Assembly (NCBI GenBank): GCA_965205265.1
Contig: CBDBGH010000003.1
Span: forward strand, 160,001 to 224,000
Origin: Alphaproteobacteria bacterium
GTDB lineage: Bacteria > Pseudomonadota > Alphaproteobacteria > Bin95
DNA length: 64,000 nucleotides
Reading direction: 5' to 3'
The notes under the pieces were generated by a model. That model was not told the origin of the DNA. It ran no database searches and was given only the letters and a program-made list of their open reading frames with translations. The stretch's first letter is position 1, and each line of letters opens with the position of its first letter. Shown here piece by piece: positions 32,579 through 44,475 of the stretch. The translations under genes were made by a program, and so were the position numbers.

Positions 32579-33079
32579 CTACCGGCCGCTGCGCAGTTCC
32601 GGCGGCGGGTATTCCCGGAGCGCGTAGTCGAGGCTGTCGCGGCCGCAATTCATCCGCTTCATGTTGAAGCGCAGATGGCCTGCCCTGCGGCCGCGCCAGA
32701 ACCCGCCGAACGCGACCACGATCCAGGGGAAGGACGGCGCCGGCGGCTCGAAATGGATAAGCAGTTCATTGCGGCTCAGCAGCGATTGCTGGCGGATCGT
32801 GCGGATGGCGGACCAGTCCCTGTGGGGGATGCCGAAGATCGGGAAGGCGATGCCGCTCTTGTCGAAGGTCACGGCCGGCAGATGCGCGCGCCTTACGATC
32901 CACACCGCATAACCCGCAATGCCGCCGAGCAGCGCCGCCAGCAGCGCCGCCATCGCCAGAGGAGGGCCCGGCTTGCCGGCCGCCAGGCCGTTGACCAGCA
33001 GGGCCAGAAGCGCGAGCGTCACGAGCCCGGCGGCCAGCGCCAGCGCGATATAGGTGGGCCGGTAGTAGTAGATCGTCAT
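32579..33079 (-). CDS. Hypothetical membrane protein (2 TM plus soluble C-domain)
   Basis: GGAG RBS; two hydrophobic helices; fills the moeA-lexA gap. Confidence 0.6.
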   Translation of the reverse strand: MTIYYYRPTYIALALAAGLVTLALLALLVNGLAAGKPGPPLAMAALLAALLGGIAGYAVWIVRRAHLPAVTFDKSGIAFPIFGIPHRDWSAIRTIRQQSLLSRNELLIHFEPPAPSFPWIVVAFGGFWRGRRAGHLRFNMKRMNCGRDSLDYALREYPPPELRSGR

Positions 33080-33285
33080 GGGCTCCGCCTATAGCCGGGC
33101 GCGCGCCGGGGAACAAGCCGGGACCGGGCGCGGTTGCAGGCCTTCGGCCGGCGGCAGGGAACATTCCGGGGCCAGGCGTGAAGCGGGTCGCGAAGGTATC
33201 CGAACCTATGCCTGCAGATTATGGGCTGCTGCGTATCGGAAACATATACCGCTATTGTCATATCATCTTGCTTGACGCAGGTCTC

Positions 33286-33332
33286 GAACCAATATAGAAC
33301 GCGAGTAACGAAACCGGGTTCGTATAAGGAAC
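33286..33332 (+). promoter_or_regulatory. lexA promoter with SOS box(es)
   Basis: TTGACG just upstream; GAAC-caatata-GAAC 33286-33300; GTTC-gtataag-GAAC 33318-33332. Confidence 0.85.
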
Positions 33333-33353
33333 ATCGCTGGAGGGAATGGCGGC

Positions 33354-34031
33354 ATGTTGACGAAGAAACAAAATGAATTGCTGCTGTTCATATCGCAGCA
33401 GATCGCGAAGGACGGCGTATCGCCCTCCTTCGACGAGATGAAGGATGCGCTGGGGCTCAAGTCGAAATCGGGCGTCCACAGGCTGGTGACGGCGCTGGAG
33501 GAGCGGGGGTTCATCCGCCGGTTCGCCAACCGCGCCCGCGCGCTGGAGATCGTGCGCCTGCCTGAGGCGGAGGCCTATGAAGGCCGGAGCCGGGCCGGCC
33601 GGTCCTCGTTTCGCGGTTTCCGCCGGCGCCTCGACCCTGCCGACACGGTGCAGAACGAGCTGCCGCTTTACGGGCGCATTGCCGCAGGCACGCCGATCGA
33701 GGCCCTGCGCGACCCGGACAGCACCGTGGCCGTGCCGCAGGCGATGGTCGGCGCCGGACGCCATTACGCGCTCGAAATCGCCGGGGATTCGATGGTCGAT
33801 GCCGGCATCATGGACGGCGACACGGTTATCATCCAGGAGTGCGAGGAAGTGGAAAGCGGGGCCATCGTGGTCGCGCTGGTCGATTCCGAGGAGGCGACGC
33901 TGAAGATCTGGCGCCCGTCCAACGGCCGCGTGGTGCTCGAAGCTGCGAACGAGGCCTATCCGACGCAGGATTACGAGCCAGAGCGGGTGCAGGTCCAGGG
34001 CCGGCTGGTCGGGCTCATGCGCGACTACTGA
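33354..34031 (+). CDS. lexA: SOS repressor LexA
   Basis: SPSFDEMKDALGLKSKSGVHRL, GRIAAG cleavage site, GDSM (Ser), EEATLK (Lys). Confidence 0.97.
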   Translation: MLTKKQNELLLFISQQIAKDGVSPSFDEMKDALGLKSKSGVHRLVTALEERGFIRRFANRARALEIVRLPEAEAYEGRSRAGRSSFRGFRRRLDPADTVQNELPLYGRIAAGTPIEALRDPDSTVAVPQAMVGAGRHYALEIAGDSMVDAGIMDGDTVIIQECEEVESGAIVVALVDSEEATLKIWRPSNGRVVLEAANEAYPTQDYEPERVQVQGRLVGLMRDY

Positions 34032-36031
34032 GGCCCGGCCAGTGCGACCCAGGGCCGCCGGCCGCGGTGGCCCCAGTCGGTCTCGACGACGGGGCCCCCG
34101 GGTGTGAGGCGGATCGCGTGGGCGCCCAGCCTGCGCAGTTGCTGCCGGTCCACGATCAGCGCCTCTTCCGCGCAATAGCGCTTCCGGGCGCGGCGCGAGA
34201 TTGTCACCGCGGACAGGACGATGGCGGCGCGGCGGCAGTCTTCTTCCAGGGCTTCGTGGCGAAGCACGATGGCGACTCCGTCCGCTGAGCAACCGAGCGA
34301 GTCGCAGGAAAGGCCGGAACTCCCGGGCCCGGTGGCGCCGGCTTCCCTTGCGCCCGCAGCTTCCGTCCATACCCGGCCGAGGAAGCCGGCGCGCGGTTTC
34401 GAAAGATACAGCCGGCCGTCGGCATGGCGGGCGAACAGGCGGGCGTCCCGGTCGGCCATCAGGTCGGGCGGATGCGCGCCGGCCTGGATGGCGAGCGCGA
34501 CGGCAAGGCCCGCTATGCCCAGAAACCGCCACCGGGTCTGCCAGAGGCAGAGCCAGAGGCCTCCGGCCGCCGCCGCGACCGCCCCCGCTGCCGGCATGGG
34601 CGGGAAGCGGTGCACCGCTCCGGGCCATGCGGAAACCGTCTCCGCCGTCCAGAGCACAGCATCGATGCCGGCTTCCATGATCGCGAGCGGCCAGATTTCC
34701 AGGCCGAGCGGCATGGCGGCCATCGAAAGGATCGCCGCCGGCATGATCCAGAAGGCCGCAACGGGCACGGCGACCAGGTTCGCAGCAAGCCCGTAGGCGG
34801 CGATGCGGCCGAAATGATGCGCCGCGAACGGGGCGGTTGCGAGCGTGGCCACGACGGTGGTGAGCAGGGTGGCGGCCAGGAAGAGCGGCGCGCGCCCCGA
34901 CCGGGAGCGGAACTCGGACAGCGAGGGCGCCAGCCGTTCATAGACGGCGACCAGCGCCACGACGGCGGCGAAGGAGAGCTGGAAGCTCGCGGTGGTGAGC
35001 GCATAGGGATCCAGAGCCAGCACGGCGAACGCCGCCAGCGCGACGAGGCGCATGCCGATTTCGAGCCGGTCCACCAATACCGCCAGCAGGGCGAGCGCAA
35101 CCATGAGGAAGGCGCGCTGCGTCGGCACCGTCGCGCCCGCCAGTAGCATGTAGAACAGGCCGGCGGCAATAGCGGCCGCGGCCGCCCATTTCTTGACCGG
35201 GTATCGGAGCGCCACGCCCGGCCAGAGCGCGAGCGCCGCCCTGACGGCCGCGAAGACAAGGCCGGCCACGAGGCCCAGATGCAGGCCGGAGATCGCAAGG
35301 AGATGCGCAAGGCCCGCATCCCGGATCGCGTCATGCGCCGCCTTCGGCAGGTCGCCGCGCAGGCCTGTCGTGAGCGCAATGGCGACGCCGGCCGCCGCCG
35401 GGTCCGCAATCGCCCCGCCGATGCGCGCCGCAATCCGGTGGCGCAGGCGCTCGATGCCGGCGTCTTCGGCGGGCTCCAGAAGCCGCGCGCGGCCGAGCGC
35501 AAACCCTGTCGCGCCAATGCCCTCGAAGAAGGCCCGCCTCGCCGGGTCGTAGCCGCCCGGCAGCGCAGGCTGCGGCACAGGCTCCAGCCGGGCAAGCACG
35601 GCGATGCGCGCGCCGGGGCCGGCGCCGGGCGGCAGCGAAGCCAGGCGCAGACGGAGCCGCTCGGGCGTCCGTTCCGGCGGGAGCCGCGAAACGGTTGCAT
35701 CTTCCAGCACGACCCGGAACGGCCCTTCGATCCGGTCCTGGCGGAGGATCCTGCCGCTTACCTCGGTTGGCCCGACGGCGCGCTCCAGCACCGGCGCGCG
35801 GGCGAGTTCGGTGTGGAGTCCGGCCCAGAAGAGGCCGGCGGCAGCGACGGCGGCGGCGATGCCTGCCGGGAAGAAGGCGGACCGGCGCAGGCCGGCGGCG
35901 AGCAAGCCCGCGAGGCCGGCCCCCGTCGCGGTCGCTCCGATGGAGGGCTCGAAATCGAGTGAGAAATAGACGCCGATGCCGAGCGCGAAGAAAACCGGCA
36001 GCCAGAGCGCCCAGCGGTCCCGCTCGCGCAT
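34025..36031 (-). CDS. comEC: ComEC/Rec2 competence protein
   Basis: [34 protein letters not shown]; start may extend to 36112. Confidence 0.9.
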   Translation of the reverse strand: MRERDRWALWLPVFFALGIGVYFSLDFEPSIGATATGAGLAGLLAAGLRRSAFFPAGIAAAVAAAGLFWAGLHTELARAPVLERAVGPTEVSGRILRQDRIEGPFRVVLEDATVSRLPPERTPERLRLRLASLPPGAGPGARIAVLARLEPVPQPALPGGYDPARRAFFEGIGATGFALGRARLLEPAEDAGIERLRHRIAARIGGAIADPAAAGVAIALTTGLRGDLPKAAHDAIRDAGLAHLLAISGLHLGLVAGLVFAAVRAALALWPGVALRYPVKKWAAAAAIAAGLFYMLLAGATVPTQRAFLMVALALLAVLVDRLEIGMRLVALAAFAVLALDPYALTTASFQLSFAAVVALVAVYERLAPSLSEFRSRSGRAPLFLAATLLTTVVATLATAPFAAHHFGRIAAYGLAANLVAVPVAAFWIMPAAILSMAAMPLGLEIWPLAIMEAGIDAVLWTAETVSAWPGAVHRFPPMPAAGAVAAAAGGLWLCLWQTRWRFLGIAGLAVALAIQAGAHPPDLMADRDARLFARHADGRLYLSKPRAGFLGRVWTEAAGAREAGATGPGSSGLSCDSLGCSADGVAIVLRHEALEEDCRRAAIVLSAVTISRRARKRYCAEEALIVDRQQLRRLGAHAIRLTPGGPVVETDWGHRGRRPWVALAGPQ

Positions 36032-36110
36032 CGGCAGGGCGGCGACGGCCTTGACCTCTTTGCGCAGCCTTTCGATAAACGCGCGCCCCTTTCCGGAAGT
36101 CCTGCTGCCC

Positions 36111-37499
36111 ATGACCGTCGTTACCCGATTCGCCCCCTCGCCCACCGGCCTCCTGCATATCGGGGGCGCGCGCACGGCGCTATTCAATTGGCTCTTCGCG
36201 CGCCGTCACGGCGGGCGATTCTTGCTGCGCATCGAGGATACCGACCGCCGGCGCTCGACGGAGGAGGCGGTGGCGGCGATCCTCGACGGGCTCGCCTGGC
36301 TCGGCCTCGACCCCGACGAGCCGCCGGCCTACCAGTTCCGGCGCCGCGAGCGCCATGCGGAGGTCGCATGGGCGATGCTGGAGGCCGGCGCGGCCTATCG
36401 CTGCTTCGCGGGACCCGAGGAGCTGCAGGCGATGCGAGAGGCCGCCGCCGCGCGCGGCGAGCGCTTCCGCTACAACGGGCTCTGGCGCGACCGGGACCCG
36501 GCGGAGGCGCCGGAAGGCGCGCCCTTCGCCATCCGCCTCAAGGCGCAGCAGCAGGGCGAGACCGTTATCCGCGACCTTGTGCAGGGCGAGGTGCGCGTCG
36601 CCAATGCCGAGCTCGACGACATGGTGCTGCTGCGCGCCGACGGCACGCCCACCTACATGCTCTCCGTGGTGGTGGACGACCGCGACATGGGCGTGACCCA
36701 TGTGATCCGCGGCGACGACCATCTGAACAACGCCTTCCGCCAGGCCCAGGTGTTCGAGGCGATGGGCTGGCCGCTGCCGGCTTTCGCCCATATTCCGCTC
36801 ATCCACGGGCCGGACGGCGCCAAGCTGTCGAAGCGGCACGGCGCGCTCGGGGTCGATGCCTACCGGGAGATGGGGCTGTTGCCGGAGGCGGTGCGCAACT
36901 ACCTGCTGCGGCTCGGCTGGAGCCATGGCGATGCCGAGATCGTCTCGACGGAGGAGGCCGTGGCCTGGTTCGGGCTGGAGGCGGTCGGCCGGTCTCCGGC
37001 GCGCTTCGACCGGGAGAAGCTGGAGAGCGTCAACGCCCACTATCTGAGGACTGCCGACAAGGACAGGCTTCTGGACCTGCTGGAGCCGTTCCTCGCGCCG
37101 CCGCCCGACGAGGCGGGCCGGGCGCGGCTGCGGGCGGGCCTGGGCGGGCTGCTCCCGCGGGCGAAGACGCTGGTCGAGCTGGCGGAGGCGGGCGCGTTCT
37201 ATACGGTCGCGCGGCCGCTGGAGCCGGACGCCAAGGCCGCGCGCCTGCTGGCGGACGAAGCGGCCCGCGCGCTGCTCGCCCGCTATGCGGCGGCGCTGGA
37301 GGGCGCGGCGTGGACGGAGGCGGCGCTGGAGGCTGCGACGCGGGCCTTCGCGGAGGCCGAAGGGCTCGGGCTCGGGCGGGTCGCACAGCCGGCGCGCGCC
37401 GCACTCACCGGGCGCACCGCCTCGCCGGGGCTCTTCGAGATGCTGGCGGCGCTCGGCCGGGAGGAGGCGCTCGGACGGCTTCGCGACGCGGCTCTCTGA
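36111..37499 (+). CDS. gltX: Glutamate--tRNA ligase
   Basis: [33 protein letters not shown]. Confidence 0.97.
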   Translation: MTVVTRFAPSPTGLLHIGGARTALFNWLFARRHGGRFLLRIEDTDRRRSTEEAVAAILDGLAWLGLDPDEPPAYQFRRRERHAEVAWAMLEAGAAYRCFAGPEELQAMREAAAARGERFRYNGLWRDRDPAEAPEGAPFAIRLKAQQQGETVIRDLVQGEVRVANAELDDMVLLRADGTPTYMLSVVVDDRDMGVTHVIRGDDHLNNAFRQAQVFEAMGWPLPAFAHIPLIHGPDGAKLSKRHGALGVDAYREMGLLPEAVRNYLLRLGWSHGDAEIVSTEEAVAWFGLEAVGRSPARFDREKLESVNAHYLRTADKDRLLDLLEPFLAPPPDEAGRARLRAGLGGLLPRAKTLVELAEAGAFYTVARPLEPDAKAARLLADEAARALLARYAAALEGAAWTEAALEAATRAFAEAEGLGLGRVAQPARAALTGRTASPGLFEMLAALGREEALGRLRDAAL

Positions 37500-37560
37500 T
37501 TGCCAATCCCTCCGCGCCGCCATATTGTGGCGGCCGGACCGAGCGAGGATGACAGGCGAG

Positions 37561-38856
37561 ATGACCAGTCGCAGCGTTTCCATTGTGGATCGGGCGAACA
37601 ACAAGACCGTTGAGCTGCCGATCATGAGCGGGACTTTGGGAACGGACGTTATCGACATCCGCGCCCTTTACAGGGAGCTCGGCTATTTCACCTTCGATCC
37701 GGGCTACACCGCCACGGGAAGCTGCCAGTCCAAGGTCACCTATATCGACGGCGACGAAGGCGTGCTGCTCTACCGCGGCTATCCCATCGAACAGCTCGCC
37801 GAGCACTCCGACTACATGGAGACCTGCTACCTCATCCTGTTCGGCGAGTTGCCGAACGCGGAACAGAAGGCGAAATTCGTTTACGACATCACGCATCACA
37901 CGATGCTGCACGACCAGATCAACAACATCTATCGGGGTTTCCGGCGCGATGCGCACCCGATGGCGGTGATGTGCGGCGTGGTCGGGGCGCTGTCGGCCTT
38001 CTATCACGACAGCATCGACATCGAGGACCCCTGGCACCGCACCGTGGCGTCCTACCGGATGATCGCCAAGATGCCGACCATCGCGGGCTGGGCCTACAAA
38101 TATTCCATGGGCCAGCCCTTCATGTATCCGCGCAACGACCTCGACTACGCCTCCAACTTCCTCCGGCTCTGCTTCGCCGTGCCGACGGAGGACTTCGAGG
38201 TCAACCCGGTGCTCGCCAAGGCGATGGACCTGATCTTCATCCTCCATGCCGACCACGAGCAGAACGCGTCCGCCTCGACGGTGCGGCTGGCGGGCTCCAC
38301 CGGCGCCAACCCCTTCGCCTGCATCGCCGCCGGCTGCGCGGCGCTCTGGGGGCCGAGCCACGGCGGGGCGAACGAGGAAGTGCTCAAGATGCTGGCCGAG
38401 ATCGGCTCGGCCGACAAGGTGGGCGACTGGGTGCTGAAGGCCAAGGACCCGGACGATCCCTTCCGCCTGTTCGGCTTCGGCCACCGGGTTTACAAGAACC
38501 ACGACCCGCGCGCGCGGGTGATCCAGAAGGCCTGCCACGACGTGCTGAACGAGCTCGGCCTGCACGACCCGCTGCTGGAGGTCGCGCTGGCGCTGGAGAA
38601 AGTGGCGCTGGAGGACGATTACTTCGTCGCGCGCCGGCTTTACCCGAATGTGGACTTCTATTCCGGCATCATCCTGAAGGCGATGGGCTTCCCGGTCTCC
38701 ATGTTCACGGCGCTGTTCGCGGTCGGCCGGACGGTCGGCTGGATCGCGCAGTGGAACGAGCTGATCGAGGACCCCTCGCAGAAGATCAACCGCCCCCGCC
38801 AGCTCTACATGGGCCCGCCCCAGCGGGACTACATCCCCCTCGCCGAGAGGGGGTAG
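37561..38856 (+). CDS. gltA: Citrate synthase (type II)
   Basis: [45 protein letters not shown]; start may be 37549. Confidence 0.97.
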   Translation: MTSRSVSIVDRANNKTVELPIMSGTLGTDVIDIRALYRELGYFTFDPGYTATGSCQSKVTYIDGDEGVLLYRGYPIEQLAEHSDYMETCYLILFGELPNAEQKAKFVYDITHHTMLHDQINNIYRGFRRDAHPMAVMCGVVGALSAFYHDSIDIEDPWHRTVASYRMIAKMPTIAGWAYKYSMGQPFMYPRNDLDYASNFLRLCFAVPTEDFEVNPVLAKAMDLIFILHADHEQNASASTVRLAGSTGANPFACIAAGCAALWGPSHGGANEEVLKMLAEIGSADKVGDWVLKAKDPDDPFRLFGFGHRVYKNHDPRARVIQKACHDVLNELGLHDPLLEVALALEKVALEDDYFVARRLYPNVDFYSGIILKAMGFPVSMFTALFAVGRTVGWIAQWNELIEDPSQKINRPRQLYMGPPQRDYIPLAERG

Positions 38857-39811
38857 GGCAGGCGGCGCCTACCCCCAGGCCAGCTCCGCGAAGCCCTAGG
38901 CGGCGGGCGCAGGTGTCCTCGTCGGGGCTTTCGTAGCCGACGATCAGGGTTTCGAGGCCCGCTTCGGCGAAGGCTCCGAGGTCGTCGTGGATGGCGGCGC
39001 GCTCGCCGGTGAAGGGGCGGCGGTTGCCGTCGTCGTCGAAAACGGTCTCGCCCGGCATGATCCACATGGCGTAGTAGCTGCCGGCGGGCGCCGGCCTCCC
39101 GGCGGCTTCGGCCGTCTCGCGCACCTCGGCGAGGCCGGCGGCGTAGCGTTCCGGCGTGTCGAACCGCCAGCGCGGGTGGTTGCCCAAAGGATACCAGGCG
39201 TCGCCCAGCCGCCCGGCGCGCCGCCGCGCCGCCGGGCTCTCGCCGCCGACCCAGATCGGCGGATGCGGCTTCTGCGCGGGCTTGGGCGAGAACAGGAGGC
39301 CGTCGAAGGCCACATGCTCCCCTGCATAGGCAGGCGCGGGCTCGGTCCAGAGGTTGCGGAAAGCTTCCAGCGTCTCGTTCGCTGCCCGGCCCCGGCTCGC
39401 GAAGTCCGGGGCATGGGGCAGCAGGGCGAACTCCTCCCGCAGCCAGCCGACGCCGACGCCGAGCGTCAGCCTGCCGCCGGAGAGCACGTCGGCGGTCGCC
39501 AGCATCTTGGCGGCCAGCAGGGGCGGGCGGTGGCCCAGCACCATGACGGAGGTGAGCAGCCGGATGCGCTCGGTGGCCGCCGCGAGGAAGCCCACCGTCG
39601 TCACCTGCTCCAGGCACTCGCCCGTATCCTCGGCGAACCAGCGCCCATCCTTCGTATAGGGATAGGTCGTGCCGGGGTTGCGGGCGATCGCCACATGGTC
39701 GCTGACGCCGAGATAACCGTAGCCGGCGGCCTCCGCGCGCCGGGCCAGCCGGCCGAGCGGGCCCGGCTGCCCCGCGGGGCCGCGCAGGCCGAGATGGAGT
39801 CCGAACTGCAT
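38786..39811 (-). CDS. LLM-class (probable F420-dependent) oxidoreductase; probable frameshift near 3' end, natural stop likely 38869
   Basis: [52 protein letters not shown]. Confidence 0.85.
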   Translation of the reverse strand: MQFGLHLGLRGPAGQPGPLGRLARRAEAAGYGYLGVSDHVAIARNPGTTYPYTKDGRWFAEDTGECLEQVTTVGFLAAATERIRLLTSVMVLGHRPPLLAAKMLATADVLSGGRLTLGVGVGWLREEFALLPHAPDFASRGRAANETLEAFRNLWTEPAPAYAGEHVAFDGLLFSPKPAQKPHPPIWVGGESPAARRRAGRLGDAWYPLGNHPRWRFDTPERYAAGLAEVRETAEAAGRPAPAGSYYAMWIMPGETVFDDDGNRRPFTGERAAIHDDLGAFAEAGLETLIVGYESPDEDTCARRLGLRGAGLGVGAACPTPSRRGGCSPAGAGPCRAGGGG

Positions 39812-39844
39812 GGGGCCTGTCCTCTCCCGGTCCGTTGCGGGGCC

Positions 39845-41104
39845 TCAGATGCTCTTCACGGTCAGCCAGGCGCGGAAGGCGGTCTCGAAGGCGGCGGCGC
39901 GCAGCGGGCGGAGGCGGTCGCTGCCGGCCTCATGGACCGGGACCGGCGGCGGCTCGCCGCCGAGCGCCGCGTCGGCGAGCCAGCGCCCGAGCACCGTGCC
40001 GGGGCCGATGCCGCGCCCGTTATAGCCCATCACCGCCCAGAGTCCGGGCGCCGGGGTGAGCAGGCGGGGCAGGTGGTCGCTTGTGAGCGCGATGCGCCCG
40101 TGCCAGGCGCATTCCCACTCCAGCTTGCCCAGCGCCGGGAACAGCCGCCGCGCTGTCCTGTCGGCCCAGCGCTCGGACAGACGCCCGGCGAGGCGGCCCA
40201 TGCTGCCGAAGATCAGCCGCCCGGCCCGGTCCCGCCGGACCGAGGTCATCACCGGCGCGGTGTCCCACACGCCCTGCCTGTCCGGCATGATGTCCGCGCC
40301 CGCATCGCCAAGCGGCGCGCTGGCGACCTGGAAGTAGTGGATCGGCGTATAGACCGCGTCCGCGCCGAGGCCGCCGCCATAGGCATTGGTGGCAAGCAGC
40401 ACCCTCTCCGCGCGCACTCGGCCGCGCGGGGTCTCGACAACCCATCCCGTTCCGCTCGGGGAAACGCCCGAAACCGGCGTGCCGGCGAAGAGGCGCGCGC
40501 CCGTATTGCGCCCGTCCGCGCGGACGGCGGCATGGGCGAGCCCGCGCGCATAGCCGAGCGGATTGATGGTGCCGGCCCGCCGGTCGAGCAGCCCGCCATG
40601 GAAGGCGCGCGTCCCGATGGCCTTTGCGGCCCCGTCGCGGTCGAGCAATTCGACGGGCGCGCCGAGCGCCGACCAGGCGCCGTAGCGCTCTTCGAGCTCG
40701 CGCTGTCCGGCAGGGCTGTGGGCGGCGTGGATGGTGCCGTTCCGCACCGCTTCGCATTCGATGCCGTGCCGGTCGATCAGCGCGAACACCCGGTCGGGCG
40801 CCTCGGAAAGCGCGGAGACAAGCCGCTCGCCCTTCTCCCTGCCGAGGGCCGCCTCGATCCTGTCCGGCGGCAGCCAGAGCCCGGCATTGACGAGGCCGAC
40901 ATTGCGCCCGGAGCCGCCAAAGCCGATCTCGTTCGCCTCCAGCACGCAGCAGGAGACGCCCTGCTCGGAGAGGCGCAAGGCGGCGGAAAGGCCGGTAAAT
41001 CCCGCGCCGACAATGGCGGTTTTGGTCTCGGTATCGCCGTCGAGCGGCGCGCAGTCGGGCCCCGGCGGCGCCGTCCGGGCCCAGAGCGAGTCGAGCCTAG
41101 ACAA
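39845..41104 (-). CDS. FAD-dependent oxidoreductase (DAO/PuuB-like)
   Basis: IVGAGFTGLSAAL, GGSGRNVG, GYNGRGIG. Confidence 0.9.
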   Translation of the reverse strand: MSRLDSLWARTAPPGPDCAPLDGDTETKTAIVGAGFTGLSAALRLSEQGVSCCVLEANEIGFGGSGRNVGLVNAGLWLPPDRIEAALGREKGERLVSALSEAPDRVFALIDRHGIECEAVRNGTIHAAHSPAGQRELEERYGAWSALGAPVELLDRDGAAKAIGTRAFHGGLLDRRAGTINPLGYARGLAHAAVRADGRNTGARLFAGTPVSGVSPSGTGWVVETPRGRVRAERVLLATNAYGGGLGADAVYTPIHYFQVASAPLGDAGADIMPDRQGVWDTAPVMTSVRRDRAGRLIFGSMGRLAGRLSERWADRTARRLFPALGKLEWECAWHGRIALTSDHLPRLLTPAPGLWAVMGYNGRGIGPGTVLGRWLADAALGGEPPPVPVHEAGSDRLRPLRAAAFETAFRAWLTVKSI

Positions 41105-42263
41105 CCGACACGTCCGCCGGGTGGCCCATCAGGAAGGCGCCGACCGTGCGGAAATGGGACTTGCGGCCCTGGAGCTGCTGCGTGACGGAGTGAAGGTCCC
41201 GGAAACGCCGCTCGAAATCCGCCCCGGCGAAGATGGCGCTCGCGCCGGCCGCGTCGTAAAGCATGTCGGCGGCCGTCTTCGCCTCGTGGATGGCGAAGGT
41301 GGAGGCGAGGCGGATGCGGACCCGGTCCGCGATCTCCAGCCGTTCGGCGTTCTGCGCGCCGTCCCAGATGTCCTCGACCTCGGAAAGCACGAAGGCGCGT
41401 GCGGAGCGGATGCGGGCCACGGCCTGCGCGGTGTCGTAATGGACCAGTTCATTGTCCGCCAGGCGGGACTTGTGGAGGCGCGGCGTCTTGTCCTGCGCCA
41501 GCGCCAGAAAGGCGTCCAGCACGCCCTCTGCGATGCCGAGCGCCGTGCCGGCAAAGCCCATGGCATACATGTTCATGCTGAGGAAGAGGTAGAGCGGCGC
41601 CTCGTATTGCCGCCAGTCCTCATGGTCGCGGACGGTCGTGTAGGCCTCCGGCACGAAGCGGTCCTTCAGCGTGTAGCCGTCGCTGGCCGTGCCGCGCAGG
41701 CCGATCGTATCCCAGATGTCTTCGATCTCGATGCTGGAGGCCGGCATCAGCAAGGTGCGGATGAGCGTCGCGCCATCGGCCATGCGCTGGCGCCCGCCGC
41801 CTGCATCCACCACCGGCATATGCGCGCCGAGCCAGGTGGCGTGGCGGGCGCCGCTGGCGAACGCGATCTTCGCATCGGCGCGGTACCCGCCCTCGACGAC
41901 CCGGGCTTCGGCCGGCCCCGGCCCCCAGGCGAGCACGGCGGCCGGGTCTCCGCCCCACATTTCCTCGGCAATCTCCGGCGCCAGATAGGCGGCGGCCATG
42001 GCGCAGCCGTTCGCCTGGCAGAGGCACCAGGCGGTGCTGCCGTCGTGGCGCGCGACCTCGGAGATGGTCCTGAAGAACAGCGGCGGCGGCGTCTCCAGCC
42101 CCCCATAGGGCCTCGGCAGCAGCATCCGGAACAGCTTGTGCTCGTGCAGCGCGTCCAGCAAGCCGGGCGTCAGCCGCCGCGTCCGGTCGATCTCCGGCGC
42201 GGCGGCCTCGATCTCGGGGCCGAGGCCGCGCGCCGCGTCGAGCACGCCGTCCGGCTGGCGCAT
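41097..42263 (-). CDS. Acyl-CoA dehydrogenase-fold flavin-dependent monooxygenase (HsaA/C2-like)
   Basis: DGSTAW, FASG..HATW, WDTIGLRGTAS, ERRFRDLH. Confidence 0.85.
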   Translation of the reverse strand: MRQPDGVLDAARGLGPEIEAAAPEIDRTRRLTPGLLDALHEHKLFRMLLPRPYGGLETPPPLFFRTISEVARHDGSTAWCLCQANGCAMAAAYLAPEIAEEMWGGDPAAVLAWGPGPAEARVVEGGYRADAKIAFASGARHATWLGAHMPVVDAGGGRQRMADGATLIRTLLMPASSIEIEDIWDTIGLRGTASDGYTLKDRFVPEAYTTVRDHEDWRQYEAPLYLFLSMNMYAMGFAGTALGIAEGVLDAFLALAQDKTPRLHKSRLADNELVHYDTAQAVARIRSARAFVLSEVEDIWDGAQNAERLEIADRVRIRLASTFAIHEAKTAADMLYDAAGASAIFAGADFERRFRDLHSVTQQLQGRKSHFRTVGAFLMGHPADVSVV

Positions 42264-43342
42264 CAGAACATGATGACGCTGCGCGCCACGCTGCCGGATT
42301 TCATGTCGTCGAAGGCCTGGTTGATGTCCTTGAGCCCGATGCGCTGCGAGATCATCTCGTCGAGGCGCAGCTTGCCGTTCAGGTAGAAGTCCACCAGGCG
42401 CGGCATGTCCACCCGGAAGCGGTTCGAGCCCATGGTCGAGCCCTGGATACGCTTCTCGCGCAGGAACTCCGGCCCGTGCAGCTCGATCTTGGTCCCGACC
42501 GGCACCATGCCGACGATCGTCGCGGTGCCGCCCGGACGGATCATGCGGAAGGCGTTCTCGGAGGTGGTCTTGAGGCCGATGCACTCGATGGCGTGGTGGA
42601 CGCCGCCGCCGGTGAGCTCGCGCACCTCGCCGACCATGTCCTGCTCGGTCGCGTCGATCACATGCGTCGCGCCGAACTCCATGGCGAGGTTGAGCTTGGA
42701 GCCGACCGTGTCGATGGCGATGATCCGCCCGGCGCCCGCAATGGCCGCGCCGTTGACGGCCGAGAGCCCCACGCCGCCGCAGCCGATGATTGCCACATCC
42801 ATGCCGGGCTCCACCTTCGCGGTGTGGAAGACCGCGCCCACGCCCGTCATCACGCCGCAGCCGATTAGCGCGGCGCGGTCGAGCGGCATGTCCTCGCGCA
42901 CCTTCACCAGCGCATGCTCATGCACCAGCATCATCTCGGCGTAGGAGGAGAGGTTGGCGAACTGTGTCATCGGCGCGCCGCCCTTGGCGAGCCGCGGCTC
43001 CTCGTCCGCCCGGCGCTGCAGGTCCGGGTTGTCGCAAAGCGACATATGGCCGGTCAGGCAGTATTCGCACTCGCCGCAAAAGGCGGAGAGGCAGGTGATG
43101 ACATGGTCGCCATTCTTCACATAGGTGACCTGGTCGCCGACCTGCTCGACGACGCCCGCGCTCTCGTGGCCCAGTACGATGGGCAGCTTCGCCGGGTAGA
43201 GGCCCTCGACGAAATGCAGGTCCGAATGGCACACGCCCGCGGCCGCGGTGCGCACCAGCACCTCGCGCGGGCCCGGCTTCGATATCTGCACGTCCTCGAT
43301 TTCGAGCGGCTTGCCGACTTCGCGGAATACAGCGGCTTTCAT
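42263..43342 (-). CDS. Zn-dependent alcohol dehydrogenase (class III-like)
   Basis: GVCHSD, GHESAG, CGECEYC..C, GCGGVG. Confidence 0.92.
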   Translation of the reverse strand: MKAAVFREVGKPLEIEDVQISKPGPREVLVRTAAAGVCHSDLHFVEGLYPAKLPIVLGHESAGVVEQVGDQVTYVKNGDHVITCLSAFCGECEYCLTGHMSLCDNPDLQRRADEEPRLAKGGAPMTQFANLSSYAEMMLVHEHALVKVREDMPLDRAALIGCGVMTGVGAVFHTAKVEPGMDVAIIGCGGVGLSAVNGAAIAGAGRIIAIDTVGSKLNLAMEFGATHVIDATEQDMVGEVRELTGGGVHHAIECIGLKTTSENAFRMIRPGGTATIVGMVPVGTKIELHGPEFLREKRIQGSTMGSNRFRVDMPRLVDFYLNGKLRLDEMISQRIGLKDINQAFDDMKSGSVARSVIMF

Positions 43343-43412
43343 GGGAGTCGTCCCCTCCAGATGGTCTTCTGTCCTCAGGGGCGATGATGCCCCAGGCCGG
43401 GCGCCGGCGGAA

Positions 43413-44432
43413 TCAGTTCTTCGACCGGTCCACCAACGCGTTCTCGGCGATCCACGGCATCATGCCGCGCAGGCGCGCGCCGACCTCTTCCACGGGATGC
43501 TCCGCCGCGCGCCGGCGCATGGCCTTGAAGCTCGCCTGCCCGGCGGCGTTCTCCAGCACCCATTCGCGCGCGAAGGCGCCGGACTGGATTTCATCCAGAA
43601 TGGTTTTCATCCGCTCCTTCACGCTGGCGTCCACGACGCGGGGCCCGCGGCTGTAGTCGCCGTATTCCGCCGTGTTGGAGACCGAATAGCGCATCTGCGC
43701 AAGCCCGCCCTCATAGATGAGGTCCACGATCAGCTTCACCTCGTGGACGCATTCGAAATAGGCCATTTCCGGGGCGTAGCCGGCCTCGCAGAGCGTCTCG
43801 TAGCCCGCCTGGATCAGCGAGGTGATGCCGCCGCAAAGCACGGTCTGCTCGCCGAACAGGTCGGTCTCGCACTCTTCCTTCATGGTCGTCTCGATGACGC
43901 CCGCCCGGCCCGCGCCGAGCCCGCAGGCATAGGAAAGGCCGAGTTCCTGACAATTGCCGGAGGCGTCCCTGTGGACGGCGAGCAGGCTCGGCACGCCGGC
44001 GCCGCGCACATATTCGGAGCGCACGAGATGGCCGGGGCCCTTGGGCGCGACCATGAACACATCCAGGTCCGAACGTGGCTCGATCAGGTTGAAATGGATG
44101 GAGAGCCCGTGCGCGACGGCGAGCGCGGCGCCCTCCTTCATGTTGCCGGCGAGGTCGCCGGAATAGAGCGCCGAGTGGCCCTCGTCGGGGGTGAGCATCA
44201 TCACCACATCGGCCGTGCGCGCCGCCGCATCGGGCGTCATCACGGTGAAGCCGGCGCCCTCGGCCTTGGGCCGGCTTCCGGAGCCTTCGCGCAGGCCGAC
44301 GATGACGTTCTCGACGCCGCTCTCGCGCAAATTATTGGCATGGGCATGGCCCTGGCTGCCATAGCCCAGTATGGCGACGGTCCGCGACTTGATGAGGTTT
44401 AGGTCGGCGTCGCGATCGTAATAGACGCGCAT
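43413..44432 (-). CDS. ilvC: Ketol-acid reductoisomerase
   Basis: [35 protein letters not shown]. Confidence 0.97.
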   Translation of the reverse strand: MRVYYDRDADLNLIKSRTVAILGYGSQGHAHANNLRESGVENVIVGLREGSGSRPKAEGAGFTVMTPDAAARTADVVMMLTPDEGHSALYSGDLAGNMKEGAALAVAHGLSIHFNLIEPRSDLDVFMVAPKGPGHLVRSEYVRGAGVPSLLAVHRDASGNCQELGLSYACGLGAGRAGVIETTMKEECETDLFGEQTVLCGGITSLIQAGYETLCEAGYAPEMAYFECVHEVKLIVDLIYEGGLAQMRYSVSNTAEYGDYSRGPRVVDASVKERMKTILDEIQSGAFAREWVLENAAGQASFKAMRRRAAEHPVEEVGARLRGMMPWIAENALVDRSKN

Positions 44433-44475
44433 GGGGCGGGCTTCCTTTCTTCGGTCGGACTTTGCTTGCGGGCGT

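Noticed and set aside
36031-36113. comEC and gltX sharing overlapping start codons (CAT/ATG at 36110-36113)
   Set aside because: A downstream comEC start (36031) is equally plausible; divergent comEC-gltX is a normal arrangement
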